Shown: positions 26,413-38,600 of the stretch, one piece after another | Layout of the letters: the number at the start of each line of letters is the position of its first letter | Numbering within the stretch: the first letter of the stretch is position 1 | From: Saccostrea echinata | Lineage: Eukaryota | NCBI RefSeq assembly: GCF_033153115.1 | Contig: NW_026889771.1 | Location: 7,502,001-7,566,000, forward strand | Reading direction: 5' to 3' | Length of the DNA stretch: 64,000 nt | Notes under the pieces: generated by a model | Databases searched by the model: none | Told to the model about the DNA's origin: nothing | The model's input: the letters and a program-made list of their open reading frames with translations, nothing else | Translations under genes and position numbers: made by a program

Positions 26413-29277
26413 TAAAAGTTTTAAAATGATACCTTATTACTTATATTTACATCTGTGACAGATTTTTAACAAATACATGTAATTGGGTACTATAATTTTA
26501 AAACCATGAAATGATTTTTTTTTTCAAACCTCAACAGTATAAATGTGTTGAACATGTCTACTACTTATAATGTCACTATGAAATTACATTAATTGTTTAT
26601 GATTACCCTAAACAATGAATTTATGGTCAGATGATGAACCTGTTTATACACAGATGTAAATACACCTAGCTCAAATAATTTTACATAAGGGAAAACATTT
26701 GCAAATGTCAATATATGGTGACTATATTAACTTTTTTTACCACTTATTTACAAATATCTGTACTGAGAAGAAAAAAAGAAGCTCAATAAATCATACTTTA
26801 TAAGATGCACTTATGAAACACAATTAAGTTATATATAAATATATTTATGTCACAATTAAGTAACTCTGAGTGGCCATTTCTGTTCCCTGTTTCTTTATAA
26901 GATCTCTATCTTGAAATGTTGAATCCCTCAGTACCAGTTCCTTGCCATTAAGCCATCTTTCAATACGTAAAAGTTATGAAGAGTATTGATTCTTGATTTT
27001 CTTTTATCACTTCTCTTTTTTTTTTTTTTGTTTCTTAACACTTGATGTTACATTTTTTTCTATAGGCACACACACATAAAAAAATTTAAAATGTAAAATC
27101 AACATCTACTGTTAAACTTATTATTTACGCTAGAGAATGGGGTTAAATGTGAGCTACTGAGAGACAAACATTACACATGATGGGTGTAAAATATGCAGGC
27201 TTGAATTTTCTGCTAACGATGTTCCGAGAGCTTAGATATTTTTCTACCATACACAGGGGAATTTACCCAACTTTAGGCCTACATAGAAACTTCTTTATCA
27301 TGTTTATAGTAACATCAGTGTACAGAAAGTCTGATGGACAGAAATATGGGTTAGCTTCAAATAACTACTGTTCTGATTTGTAAAAATGGGCTTCATGTAT
27401 CTAATATTATGCCCTATTTTATTATTCAACCTGCTGCAATGACATAGTACACTTATTTAATGTTAACACTTTACAAAACAGTAATAACTAATAACAAAGT
27501 CCAATTTTATTAGAAGAAAAATGATCTCATTCCAACTGCATAACATCCCTCTGTCCATCAGCAACCCAATTATCAGTAACCCAATCCTTACTCAGCTCTC
27601 ATCCAAGTTTATAAGTACATCTACTTAACTTCAAGGACCTCTTTGTGTTCTGTATTCTACATGCCTTTATCATGTTCTGTAATTTCATTTCCTCTCAAAT
27701 AAATAATTAAGAGGATAATTTAGATTTGTTAGCATAGTTAGATAATTGTTAAAATTTTATAGAGGCTTATGGTTTCTATACCATGAAATTCAGGGGGGAA
27801 AAAATCTAAATTATATTCATATTAATTAATTCTTTCTTTAAGAATTTATTGTAAATGAGCATCTCAGCCACTGAAATGTACACACAACTGATTTCATGAT
27901 CAAACGTGGCACATCAGGATATTTCTACTTATGCATGTATTTTCATACATATCACTGTGATTTTTTTCAAAAATTTATCAAGATTTCAGCCAACAGAAAA
28001 GGGAACAGACACTTATTTGAAGTAAACAAAATTTGAGAACTTCAACAGCTGTTTCTAGCTATTGTAGAGAATAACACTAACTTTTTTCCATGTATTTTAA
28101 TTTACCTTAATTTTGCTCAAACAAATGAAATCTAAGAACACAGCTGATATAAATGTATATTGTGTAAAACAGTCAGGCTGTTTACATTGCAAATTTTTAG
28201 AAACATGCTTAAATACTTGATACATTTTAATGAATAAATTCAAGAATATGTAATTCTTAGTTATATATTGCAAAATTTCTATCATAATCTATTGTACACC
28301 AATTAAGATGAAACCCATGAACATAATTAGAAAATCTTAATTTTTCTTCATGGAAAGTTCTAAAGATTTAAATGCATGCAGTAGAAAACAATTTCTTAAT
28401 GAAAGATCCTTTAATGCCCTTACCTGGCTTGTGACTTCATATTCCACATGTTTTAGTATAAGTCCTTTCTTCTCAGGAACAAGTTCTACTTTAATTGTGT
28501 CCAGTTTACAAAGTTCATGGTAAGAATATCCTAGTACATTGGGAGATTTCTGTCTTCGCATTTTGATGCTTGTTGCCCGTAAGTCTGATAAATCACCTAA
28601 GTTGGGTCTTGGAAGTTCTAGAAAATGGTTACATTAAAATAAAAACTTGGATTAAAATGATTAAATTTTTAAATGTTTAATTCTTTCCTATGCTATCTTA
28701 ATGCTGTCTATCCAAGTCTAATGGGATAAAAATCTAGATCTTTTTTTAACATATGAACCTATATATTCATTATTTACAGCCATCATTTACTAAAGCTGAT
28801 AACTAATCTCACCATGCCCAGAAAAACTCTCCAATAGTTTTTCACTGACAGTTTTGCCCTGCTGGGCCAGGGCAGTTAGAGCCAGGGCTTTATACAGCCC
28901 TACTCTGGTCAGGTAGCCCTGCTTGCTCTCCACCATATCCCATATCTAAACAAACCATAGAAATCATGCACAAAACTTTAGTACATTCTGGAAATCTTAA
29001 TTTCTTTTTTATTAGTAAAACATGAAGGATAATTTGTATGTACTCTTCATAACAGCAGACTACAGTTATCAATTTTTGAGTGATTAGAATGCCAATCTAT
29101 GTTCTCTTATATCTAACGCAATTTATCTTTAATTAATTGCAATGGAAAAAGGTTATTTATCAGTTTATTTACATATGAACCTGTTGACCTTGATACTAGA
29201 CTAAAGTATCTGTGAAGTTGAATGATATTGCATATGGGAAGTCTTCCTCCCCTCCACATCAGTCTGTATATCTGAGA

Positions 29278-29310
<33 letters not shown>

Positions 29311-30494
29311 ACACATTCATATATCCAGAATTTATATTTTTCCATCCAAAACATTAGGGTTTGGAAGAAAGTAGTGGATGGTTTTGGAAAAAGAAGTGGG
29401 TCCATTTCTTTGAAAAGAAAATGTTGAAAAAAAAATGAGCAGTGTATAAATTTTGGAATTTAACATTATAAACACAATGTCAGAGAGTAATGGATGTGAT
29501 GAATATCAAACCATTTCTTTTTGTAGATTGACTTCTAAAGAATGTCAGTTATTCTTATATTCATGCCATTATTCTGTCAGTGTTTTATTTAATAACCGAA
29601 TAACCGGCAACTGGCCAAATTGACCACCTCAGCTGACAAACAAGAGGCCCATGGGCCACAATGCTCACCTGAATCAAAATAGTCCTGCTGTTCTTCATCA
29701 GCAGATTTCTTCTTATTCATATGTAAAGCTTTGATCGCCTGTTCTAGGCATACCCTACCCCAAGATGCCATGTTTTGAATGAAATTGAATCTTAACTTTC
29801 TTTTGTGTGTCATGATTTGAACAAACTTGAATCTACACTACCTGAGGGTGCTTCCATATCAATATGTAATCAGGCTTTGTTGTTCTTGAGAAGAAGATTT
29901 TTAAAGATATTTCCTATAAATATTCTTTTGTACAACTTTGATCCCCCATTATATCCCCATCCTACTACTGGAGGATGCCTTGAACAAACTTGAATCTACA
30001 ATACCTGTGGATGCTTCCATATCAATATAACTAATCATGGCTTTCCTGTTCTTGAAAAGATTTTTAGAGATTTTTCCTATACATACCTATGTAAAACTTT
30101 GATCCCCCATTGTGGTCCCACCTTACCCATGGGGGTCATGATTTAAACAAACTTGAATCTACACTTCCTGAGGATGATTGTGTATTGATATGACTACTTG
30201 TGGCTTTGTTGTTCTTGAGAAGAAGATTTTTTCTATATATTCCTATGCAAAACTTTGATCCCTCATTGTGGCCCCACCCTACCCCGGGGGTCATAATTTG
30301 AACAAACTTGAATCTACACTATCTAATGAAGGTTTCACATAAGTTGAAATTTTTCTGGCCCATGGTTTTTGAGAAGAAGATTTTTAAAAGATGACACCAA
30401 ATTTTCACCAATTCTTAATTATCTCCCTCTGCAAGAGGATGTGGCCCTTCATTTGAACAAACTTGAACCCCCTTCACCCAAGGATGCTTTGTGG

Positions 30495-30526
<32 letters not shown>

Positions 30527-30602
30527 AGAACTGAGAAGAAGTCAAAAATGTGAAAAGTTTACAGACAGATGGACGGACAGACAGATGGACTACAGACAAA
30601 AT

Positions 30603-30649
<47 letters not shown>

Positions 30650-31679
30650 TGCTGCTTAGAAATTAAAAATTTTAAAAATAATTTTAAGGTCCACATATTT
30701 TGTAAACCTCAACCCCAGGTAGCCTGTTACAAACCCCAGGTAGCCTGTTACAATTGTCCTCAAACCCTTTACTTTGAATAAAGGGAAAATGCTGCTCTGT
30801 ATCATTTTTACTTTTTGTTAAATTGGGGTAGTTCATGCAATTGTTATTCATAAACATGTACAGATATCATGAGTACAGCTTCTTCATTTAAAAAGTTGAT
30901 TAAAATTAATGCCCTTAAATAGAAAACAATATATTACAAAATTTAAGATTAAGCACCGGACAAAAAGGACAGGGTTGTCCCTAAGAATTGAAATAGAAGG
31001 GGACATTTAAAAAGTAGAAGGGGAACTGGGGTTCCTCCCTTACTGGGGAGTTTAGGAGGAATACCGAAATAACCGGGGGATTACATCATTATAGGTGGGG
31101 AAATTCCCCGTCCCCCATGTCTTACAGACAACCCTGAAGGAACTTCATATCATGGTCATGACCCATGGCCTTAACTCCCCTCCCCTCCTTTTTATGTTAT
31201 AATTTAAAAAAAAATGTTCTTAAGTGATTGTATTAGATTGGCTAAGATTGCACTTTCAATAAAGTGAATGTAGCATACTGTAAAAAAGAGAGCAAATAAA
31301 TCTCCAATCTCATAATAGTACAACAATGTTAGTACAACATAATATACCAGCATATTTTTCCCTCAGTGGCAGGAAAGCCTTGGAGTGTTATCTCACCCTT
31401 TGTCGAAGACATAAAAACATTGTAGCCATCTTGGGATCCGCCCACTTCAAAGTGGGGTACAGTATGGTAAATCATAGAAAAAGACTGTGCATTCCAACTC
31501 ACAATCAAAGTTTATAAAAAATTTATATTTACCTGTGATATTGTAGGGCGCGGCAAGCTAGACTTTAACAGCAGCTGTATAAAAAGATCTTTATCAACCT
31601 GTTCGTTATGGGGGCACAGAATTTCATAAACCTCTCTGTAGTACGCCGGGACTGACCCTTCAAATAAACCAGAAAACAT
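15659..31679 (-). CDS. SNX8: Sorting nexin-8 (EH-like N-terminus, PX and BAR domains), 13 exons, ~528 aa
   Basis: Exons 31679-31533, 28945-28813, 28617-28424, 22731-22614, 22339-22218, 18696-18616, 18357-18197, 17665-17533, 17189-17121, 16862-16752, 16317-16279, 16091-15942, 15787-15659. In frame (1587 nt); the last intron is GC-AG. PX motifs VELVPEKKGLILKHVEYEV, RRYNDF, FPYRLIPRLPPK and FIEQRRKGLRRFL. BAR motifs DLCERHEKGVLQDHQRA and ENRNYYSLHCLQMETQLIH. Candidate AATAAA near 13595 on the minus strand. Confidence 0.95.
18759..18866. repeat. Long hairpin (~45-bp arms, GC-rich loop), probably the end of a non-autonomous DNA element extending toward ~19550
   Basis: GATATTAATTGGTTAGCGGTAAATACACTCGCAGTTTTT..ATTCA / TGAATAAAAACTGTGAGTGTATTTACCACTAACCAATTAATATC. 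Confidence 0.75.
19686..19813. other. Assembly gap
   Basis: Run of N. Confidence 1.
20623..21630 (+). mobile_element. Non-autonomous Helentron/pearl-like element carrying ~146-bp tandem repeats
   Basis: AACTAGAA start, subterminal IR ATGCCCCGCC (20650) / GGCGGGGCAT (21619), AAGGTCAAGG recurring at 20981, 21128, 21274 and 21420, (GACG/GACA)n microsatellite, terminal hairpin. Confidence 0.85.
23071..23755. mobile_element. MITE with long TIRs, 18-bp subterminal repeats and TTA TSD (PIF/Harbinger-like)
   Basis: TTA|ACAGGTCCAGCACAATGTCTTGATTTAGCTATATAGCTTGA ... TCAAGCTATATAGCTAAATCAAGAGATTGTGCTGGACCTGT|TTA, with GCTATATAGCTAAATCAA x3. Confidence 0.85.
24088..26412 (+). mobile_element. Non-autonomous Helentron-type element carrying a Cg170/HindIII-like 166-bp satellite array (~11 monomers)
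   Basis: Left end ACAAGAGGCCCATGGGCCACATCGCTCACCTGAG, present twice (24088, 24169). Period 166 (24921 to 25087). CAGACAGACGGACG microsatellite and terminal hairpin GCTCACTTGAGC-TTTCA-GCTCAGGTGAGCTAA. Confidence 0.9.
29639..30645 (+). mobile_element. Same Helentron-type family, shorter diverged array (~3-4 monomers)
   Basis: Same left end, core monomer, GACA/GACG microsatellite and terminal hairpin. Lies in SNX8 intron 1. Confidence 0.9.
30711..30752. repeat. 21-bp tandem duplication
   Basis: AACCCCAGGTAGCCTGTTACA x2. Confidence 0.9.
30970..31136. mobile_element. 167-bp CAGGG-ended MITE with 5-bp TSD (AAGGA)
   Basis: AAGGA|CAGGGTTGTC ... GACAACCCTG|AAGGA. A related inverted copy lies at 33431-35307. 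Confidence 0.85.
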
Positions 31680-32601
31680 GGCTGTGATATCTACAATCTC
31701 ATTTATCTATGAATTTAAAAATTCCAAGGTCATGTCGCATGACTTAGTGAATTAACGCATCGTAAACAAATTAGCAGGCTTACCGAGAGTCAGATCCGCC
31801 GACATTTTGAACAGATCATGTGACCAAACTCTTGAAGCATAATATCGTGCAAATAGTATAGGTTGTTGTCTAGATCTTAGCATAAAATGTTCTTTCAGTG
31901 ATTTCGATTATTTTTTGATAACTTTTCATTATAATATTTATAAAGACATGCACCAAAATTGCTCTAATGTAATACTTGATTCATTTGGATTATAGACTAT
32001 AGGTATGGCTAATAAACGAAATTTATATCAACAGGGATTTATTTTACCAATTAAAAAAAAAACAAAACTTTAAAAGCATATTTATTTGCATATTTTTATG
32101 ATATTTTATGAAATAATGTTATTTACAAGTATTTTTTTTACTGCAGTAATATCACAATATTGTTAAAAAATGAAATATCAATTTAAAGATATCCTACCCT
32201 AGAGAAATAGATAACATTATTTTATGTTTCTAGTTACCCAACATTAACAAATTTTGAATAAGGCTATTAAAAGATGGTCTATAGCTGAGATTTATATTTC
32301 CAGTTACTTAAATAATCCTCTGACTACCGAAACAATTTGAGCACCATCTTTCCGTCTATTAGCAGTACCATTGACTTCCATGACACTGTTTACAAATGTC
32401 AACAACGGGGCACATTGTTGTGATGCGGTTGATGCCGTTAAATTACAAGTTATTATAGAAGACTTGCAATTATCTTTTTTATTTTATTTTTAAAACTTGT
32501 GAAGTAATAGAAATAAAAGAGCATCATGCATTTTATATGGAGCTGATAATTTAAAATTTGCTTAATGTCAAGTTTGGACACGAGATCTGTGCACGTTTAC
32601 T
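31680..32601. promoter_or_regulatory. Putative shared divergent promoter region SNX8/IQCE
   Basis: ~920 bp between divergent ATGs. M-box/CLEAR-like TCATGTGAC at 31816-31824 and forkhead-like GTAAACA/TGTTTAC sites (31762, 32387). Confidence 0.45.
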
Positions 32602-35600
32602 ATGCCGAAAAAGCCCTTGGTAAGTAATGTGTTGTTAGTTATTTTACTGATAAGTAAAATTAATACATATAATGACATAGGTTAACAGTGTTTACTTAAA
32701 TTCATAGACTGTTGCTTTGACAATAAAACAACCTTTAGAATCATTTACTTTGTCATGGGAAGTGCATTGATGCATGGAAAATGGATAGTTTTAATCAAGC
32801 AATTTAAAGTGGTCCAATTTCTATAATGAAACAATTCAGGTATTNNNNNNNNNNNNNNNNNNNNNNNNNNNNNNNNNNNNNNNNNNNNNNNNNNNNNNNN
32901 NNNNNNNNNNNNNNNNNNNNNNNNNNNNNNNNNNNNNNNNNNNNNNNNNNNNNNNNNNNNNNNNNNNNNNNNNNNNNNNNNNNNNNNNNNNNNNNNNNNN
33001 NNNNNNNNNNNNNNNTGAGTCAGATCCAGACATTCACACTGTAACAACACTTGTAAGTTTATATTCCTATACTAATGAATGCATATACAGTAAAACACGC
33101 CTTAATACAATGAAATGTCAGGGATGGATGATTTGTTTCATTATAAACATAATTCCTTATACTCATTAAGTTCACAATATATTTTAAAGTCACAGGAAAT
33201 GAAAATCACTTCGCTGTAAGTTTCAATTCGTTACATGTGTTCGCTATAAGTATATTTTACTGTATATGTTTGTAAATATTATAAGAATGGAAAGAATACA
33301 TTGTAAAATTTTGATCCTACCTCAATTTATCTTTAAAATGTAGTGTATATCATTTAAACAGGCACAATGTATTCAAAGAAGTGAAATTTTATCAATTTAC
33401 ATTGTACCATGAAAATGTAAATGTCAGGGCCTGGGTTGTCCCTAAGACCTGGAGGCTGGGGAATTTCTTCACCTATAATGACATAATCCGCCAGTTATTC
33501 CGATATTCCCCCTCAACCCTCTGTTAGGGGAGGAACCCTAGACTTCCTTCTACCTTTTAAATACATGTCCCCTAGCTGCTATTTGATTTGAACATATTTT
33601 ATTATGTGTAGAAACATAAATGGATTGGGCAGCAGGCATAGCCTATATAAGCCCTCTCCACAGGTACAAGGTTCATTTAAATTATACATAATACTACATG
33701 AAATAGTTACAGGTTCATATAACAAAATTGATTGGAAATTAAGCAGAAAAAAAAAGTGGGGGAAGAAAGTTGTAAATGGTTACGGGTTTTATGAGAAAAA
33801 TGAGGTAAAAAATAATAAGTGGGAAATACAGCAAATTAAGATAGATTATATGAAATAAAATGCATGTGTATTTGAATAATAAAATTACAAAATTTCATAT
33901 CATCTATGAAACCCCTCAGTTTGTAAAATATATTCATGAACACAATCAAATAATTTAACATTTTTAGCATAAGGAATATTACTGTATAACAAAAGATTTA
34001 GAGACAGAGGATGCTGCAGGTCTGTACTGGATATACAATTCAAAAGAGTATTTCTTTGCTCGACATAACATGGACACTCAAAGAAAAAATGATACACATT
34101 TTCAGTATGAAAACCAGTTTTCACATTTGGAACTTTCACTTATAAAATCTGTCTGTAAATCAGCATGCAGACTACTAGCATTATTTCTTAATTGAAGGTG
34201 AACAATATTTTGACTACATTTACCATGATTAAAAAAGCTCACTGGGAGTTCTGTAATAAGCCTTTTTTAATAGCATTTAGTGAAAGACGCTATAGTTGGT
34301 AGATTTCTAATATGATATGGTAAATTATTTCATAATTTAATAATTGTAGATGGGAAATAACTATTCATATATGATGTGGCTCTAGCTTGAGGGATAAGAA
34401 AAGTAAGACCATCATTATTTCTTAATGAATATGGGGTATGGGGTGGAATACAAGGTCTTAGGAGATCTTGGAGATACATGTATTGTTGTGCTATCCCATA
34501 CACTATCTTGTAAAATAATATTAATTTATGCACTTTCCTTCTGACAGATAATGTATCCCACCCCAGTTCATCATATAAAAGTGTTCTTAATGAATTCACT
34601 CTCATTCCTTTAATAATTCTTGCAGCAGTGATTTGAACTTCTTCTAATAAAGATGATTCCCTTTCATTACAATTATCCCAAACAACATCACCATATTCTA
34701 AGACTGGTCTAATAAATGACATATATATTTTTTTAACGCATCTCAAGAAAGAGAATGTTTTAACATTCGTAAAACATTTGAACGTTTACATGCTTTTTCA
34801 TATATGATTTGTATGTGAGATTTCCAATTGGCATCACACTGAAAGTTTAATCCTAAATGTGTGTGATTGTTTGAAGGTTCAATCATTAGACCAAATTTAA
34901 CATTGGGATGATAAATATTTTTTCTGAAAAATTTATGTTCACTGTTTTCTTTGGGTTAAAGTCAACTATCCATTGTTTTGACCACTGATCCAACTTCTCT
35001 AAGTCATTTGTCAATGAGTTTGCAGCACTGACTATATCATTATCAACAATAATGCAGAGTGATGTATCATCAGCAAATAATGGAACATTTTTTGTTAAGT
35101 TTAAAGAAATATCATTAGTATATAATAGGAACAAGAGAGGTCTGCATGAGAACAGATCCTTGAGGGACACCTGAACTAGTTGATCCAATAGCTGATGCAT
35201 AACCATCAAGGACCACCCTTTGTTTTCTATTTGCTAAGTAATTTTTAACCCAGTTTACAATTTGATCCAATATTCCCCTGCTATTTCAATTCCTAGGGAC
35301 AACTCTGAATCATGCATTATTCAATTTATCAGCACAGCAATCCGTGTAATGTCATGATGTATGTCCAAAAATTACATATCAATGCTTAATCAATTAACCC
35401 AAAAACAAAATTTATCACTTATTTTTCTTCCCATTGTATTTTTAAAGGTTTCAAGAAACTCAGCCCCTATAAAGACCAAAAGGAAGGAAGGTAGCTGGAA
35501 ATGTTCATACCATGCATGTCATCATCATCATTATATTTCTCAAATTAAAACCAAGAAAAATATTTTTGTATGCTTATATTCACCAGATATTAGAAATAAT

Positions 35601-38600
35601 ATTAGAAATTTGATTTTCAAGGTAACAATAAAAAGAAGAAAGAGAAAAACAAGAAAAATAGTAAAGGTATGGTATTATTTGGGGGTATGACCACAATATT
35701 CACATGCATTTTTGGANNNNNNNNNNNNNNNNNNNNNNNNNNNNNNNNNNNNNNNNNNNNNNNNNNNNNNNNNNNNNNNNNNNNNNNNNNNNNNNNNNNN
35801 NNNNNNNNNNNNNNNNNNNNNNNNNNNNNNNNNNNNNNNNNNNNNNNNAAAATCAAACAACATGTATGATATGAATTACCTATCAGTATTTTTTATTAGT
35901 TACACCACGCAACAGAGCTCATAGTGCTCCTCCTACTAGGAGTGGAAGGACAGGTCATGACCTTTGGATGACAGCTGTCAAACACAGGGAAACACGTAAG
36001 ATGGGAATATTCAGCAAGTCTGACATTTCAAATTTTGATAATCCACCATAGAATATGATGAAAAGATGCAGCTAAAGGAAATGTATAAAATATTTTCCTA
36101 TTTTTGTGTATTATAGCAGCTTTAACTTATCGACACCCTGAGAGTCCACGACACAAAACCACTACAGAATATTGGGTTGATACACTAAGAAGAACAGGGA
36201 CAGGTAAAACTATTAATCAGACTTCAGTGCAAAATAGAAATTAATAGGATTTTTCCTGGTTTGGAGTTGATGAGAAAAGACAGCTTATCATATTGTTGAT
36301 GAAAAAAAAAGATTAGTGAATAAAAAAAAAAAACCTGTTGGAATGAAACTTTTAGTAATTACTTTACACGATCATTTATGGATTTATTTTTACAATTTTC
36401 TTTTTGTGAAATAGAAATTCATAAATCATAGTTTGTAGACTGAGAGTTCAAGACATTACTTCATATATCTAAATATTTGTTATGCTAAGATTTGATTTGA
36501 TTGGATGCAGGAATCACCACACAGAGCACAGGCAGTGTGGGAACTACAAACACCTTCACAGGATTAAAGCGACCCAATGAAACAGCCATGGCTTATCTGA
36601 GTACGTCTTCATATCTTAGACAGATGGCAGGAACAGAAAAATCTAAGAAACATGGGGATCCTACAGGTAAGAACAGCTGTGGCTAGAACAACAACTAGTC
36701 AATGTGATCTAGGCTAGCAATATATTTTTTCCAATGCAAGAAACAAGAATGCATATGATCCAATATACAAACAACTGATTGAATGACAACACGCAGCATT
36801 TCAGGCAATGAATCAAATGTAGTTTTAAAATTTGTACTTTTCACTTGGAGAATTATGTATTTTATACATGAATGTTGTATATTTTCAGCAAAACCTCCAA
36901 CAGGAACCCCAGCTTATCGGTCTCAGGAGGAATATTACGAACAGGTGCTAGAACTCAAAAAGGTAAAAAACACACTTTTATAGTTTCCTGATTGACTTGT
37001 AAGTAAAATTGTTTCAATTGTTTTGTATTAAAAATTGGAAACCAAGGTTTTAAAAAAAAATGAACCTATTTTTTTTTGTTCCAGCAAATCAAATCACTAA
37101 ATCAGGAGATTTCAATGCTCAAAGCCAAAGTTCGGCGAACAGAAGAGGATAACATTAAGAAGGTTTGTATTTTGAATTTTATATGGAGATTTATTGTATG
37201 TCTGGATTTTAGTCATTCTTGCAATTTGTGTTAAATTATTCCACAGGAGAAAGAAATAGAGGGTTTCTTAGATCCAACAAAAAATGAAGAGATGCGGCGA
37301 ACCATAGGGGAAAAGAGACCAGAGTCAGGCGCTGTGATTCAAAGTTTAAAACAAAAGATTCTGAAACTAGAAAACCAAATTAGGGATAAAGAAGCAAATT
37401 ATGCGTAGGTCCTTTTAAAGAATTCAATAATCTAATTATAAACAATTTTACAATAAAATATGAAACAGAGGTGTCTCAGGACATCATTTTGTGTACATTG
37501 TCTCAAAGATACATGTTTTATAATTATTGGTTGGTTAAAACCCTAGTAACAGTATTTTACATAGAATAATTTTTGTGTAAAACTTCTCATTTTTCCCTTA
37601 GAAAATTGCATGCAGAGTTAAAAACCACAAAAGTAGAGGAAATGAAAGTACAGTTAGAAATGTGTTACCAAGAGATTGTCCGATTACAGAATATGAAAGA
37701 CACAGGGATGATGGGCACATCTCGGTAAGGGATTGGTAAAACTCGACATGCATTGGATAATACAATAATGAGAAGAATTTACTATTAGTATAAGTACATG
37801 TATATGAGAATGTACAAATGAGATTCACTATTATGAGATATTGAAATTCTCATATACATGATTTTGCAACTTTGCAAAGATTTTATTGACACTCCACTGC
37901 CCAAATTAATACCTGTATCCAGATAAGAATGGTGCAGACATATACATGTCCATGTCAGCCTCAAAGAGTTGAAAGCCATTTATTCCTTTTTCAATACATG
38001 TAATTTATAATGCACTGTTTGTAAGTGAAAGCTTGTTGATGTTTTATACTTTGCTTTTTTTGTTGTGCAGGACCCCAACAAAAGAGAACAGTGCCAAAAT
38101 TCGAGCACTGAATGAAACCGTTCTTAGAATTAATAAACAGAATGAAGAGTTACAGATGGAAAATAAAGCACTCAGGGAGGACCTGAATAGAGAAATCGAG
38201 GGCAAAGACAGAAAAGGAATGGGTAAGTTATTCATTGTTTATTGGAGCCCCACATTAAAATGTGTTTGCCCTTTTTTGATCCGATTATTGACTTGACCAT
38301 TGTGATGCAATAAATCGTACATTTTGAGACCTCTTGCTTTAGTTCAAGGTCAAGAAGATAAATATCATTAACATAAGCACCATGAAGGATCCCTGGACCT
38401 ATGGCATTGTCGATTTTTTAGTTATTTACACTGAGAATAGTTTATAAATCATGGACATGTGTGCACTATTTACTATAAGGAAACACTTGTTTCACAGGTG
38501 ACTATGAAGACATGAACAAGAAGCAGCTGTTGTCTGTCATCTATAATCTAGAAAAGGTATTTTAAAAGGAAATCTGTTAAGAAAGAATGACATTAATGAT

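Noticed and set aside
19561-35924. ORFs containing X runs
   Set aside because: Artefacts of reading through assembly gaps.
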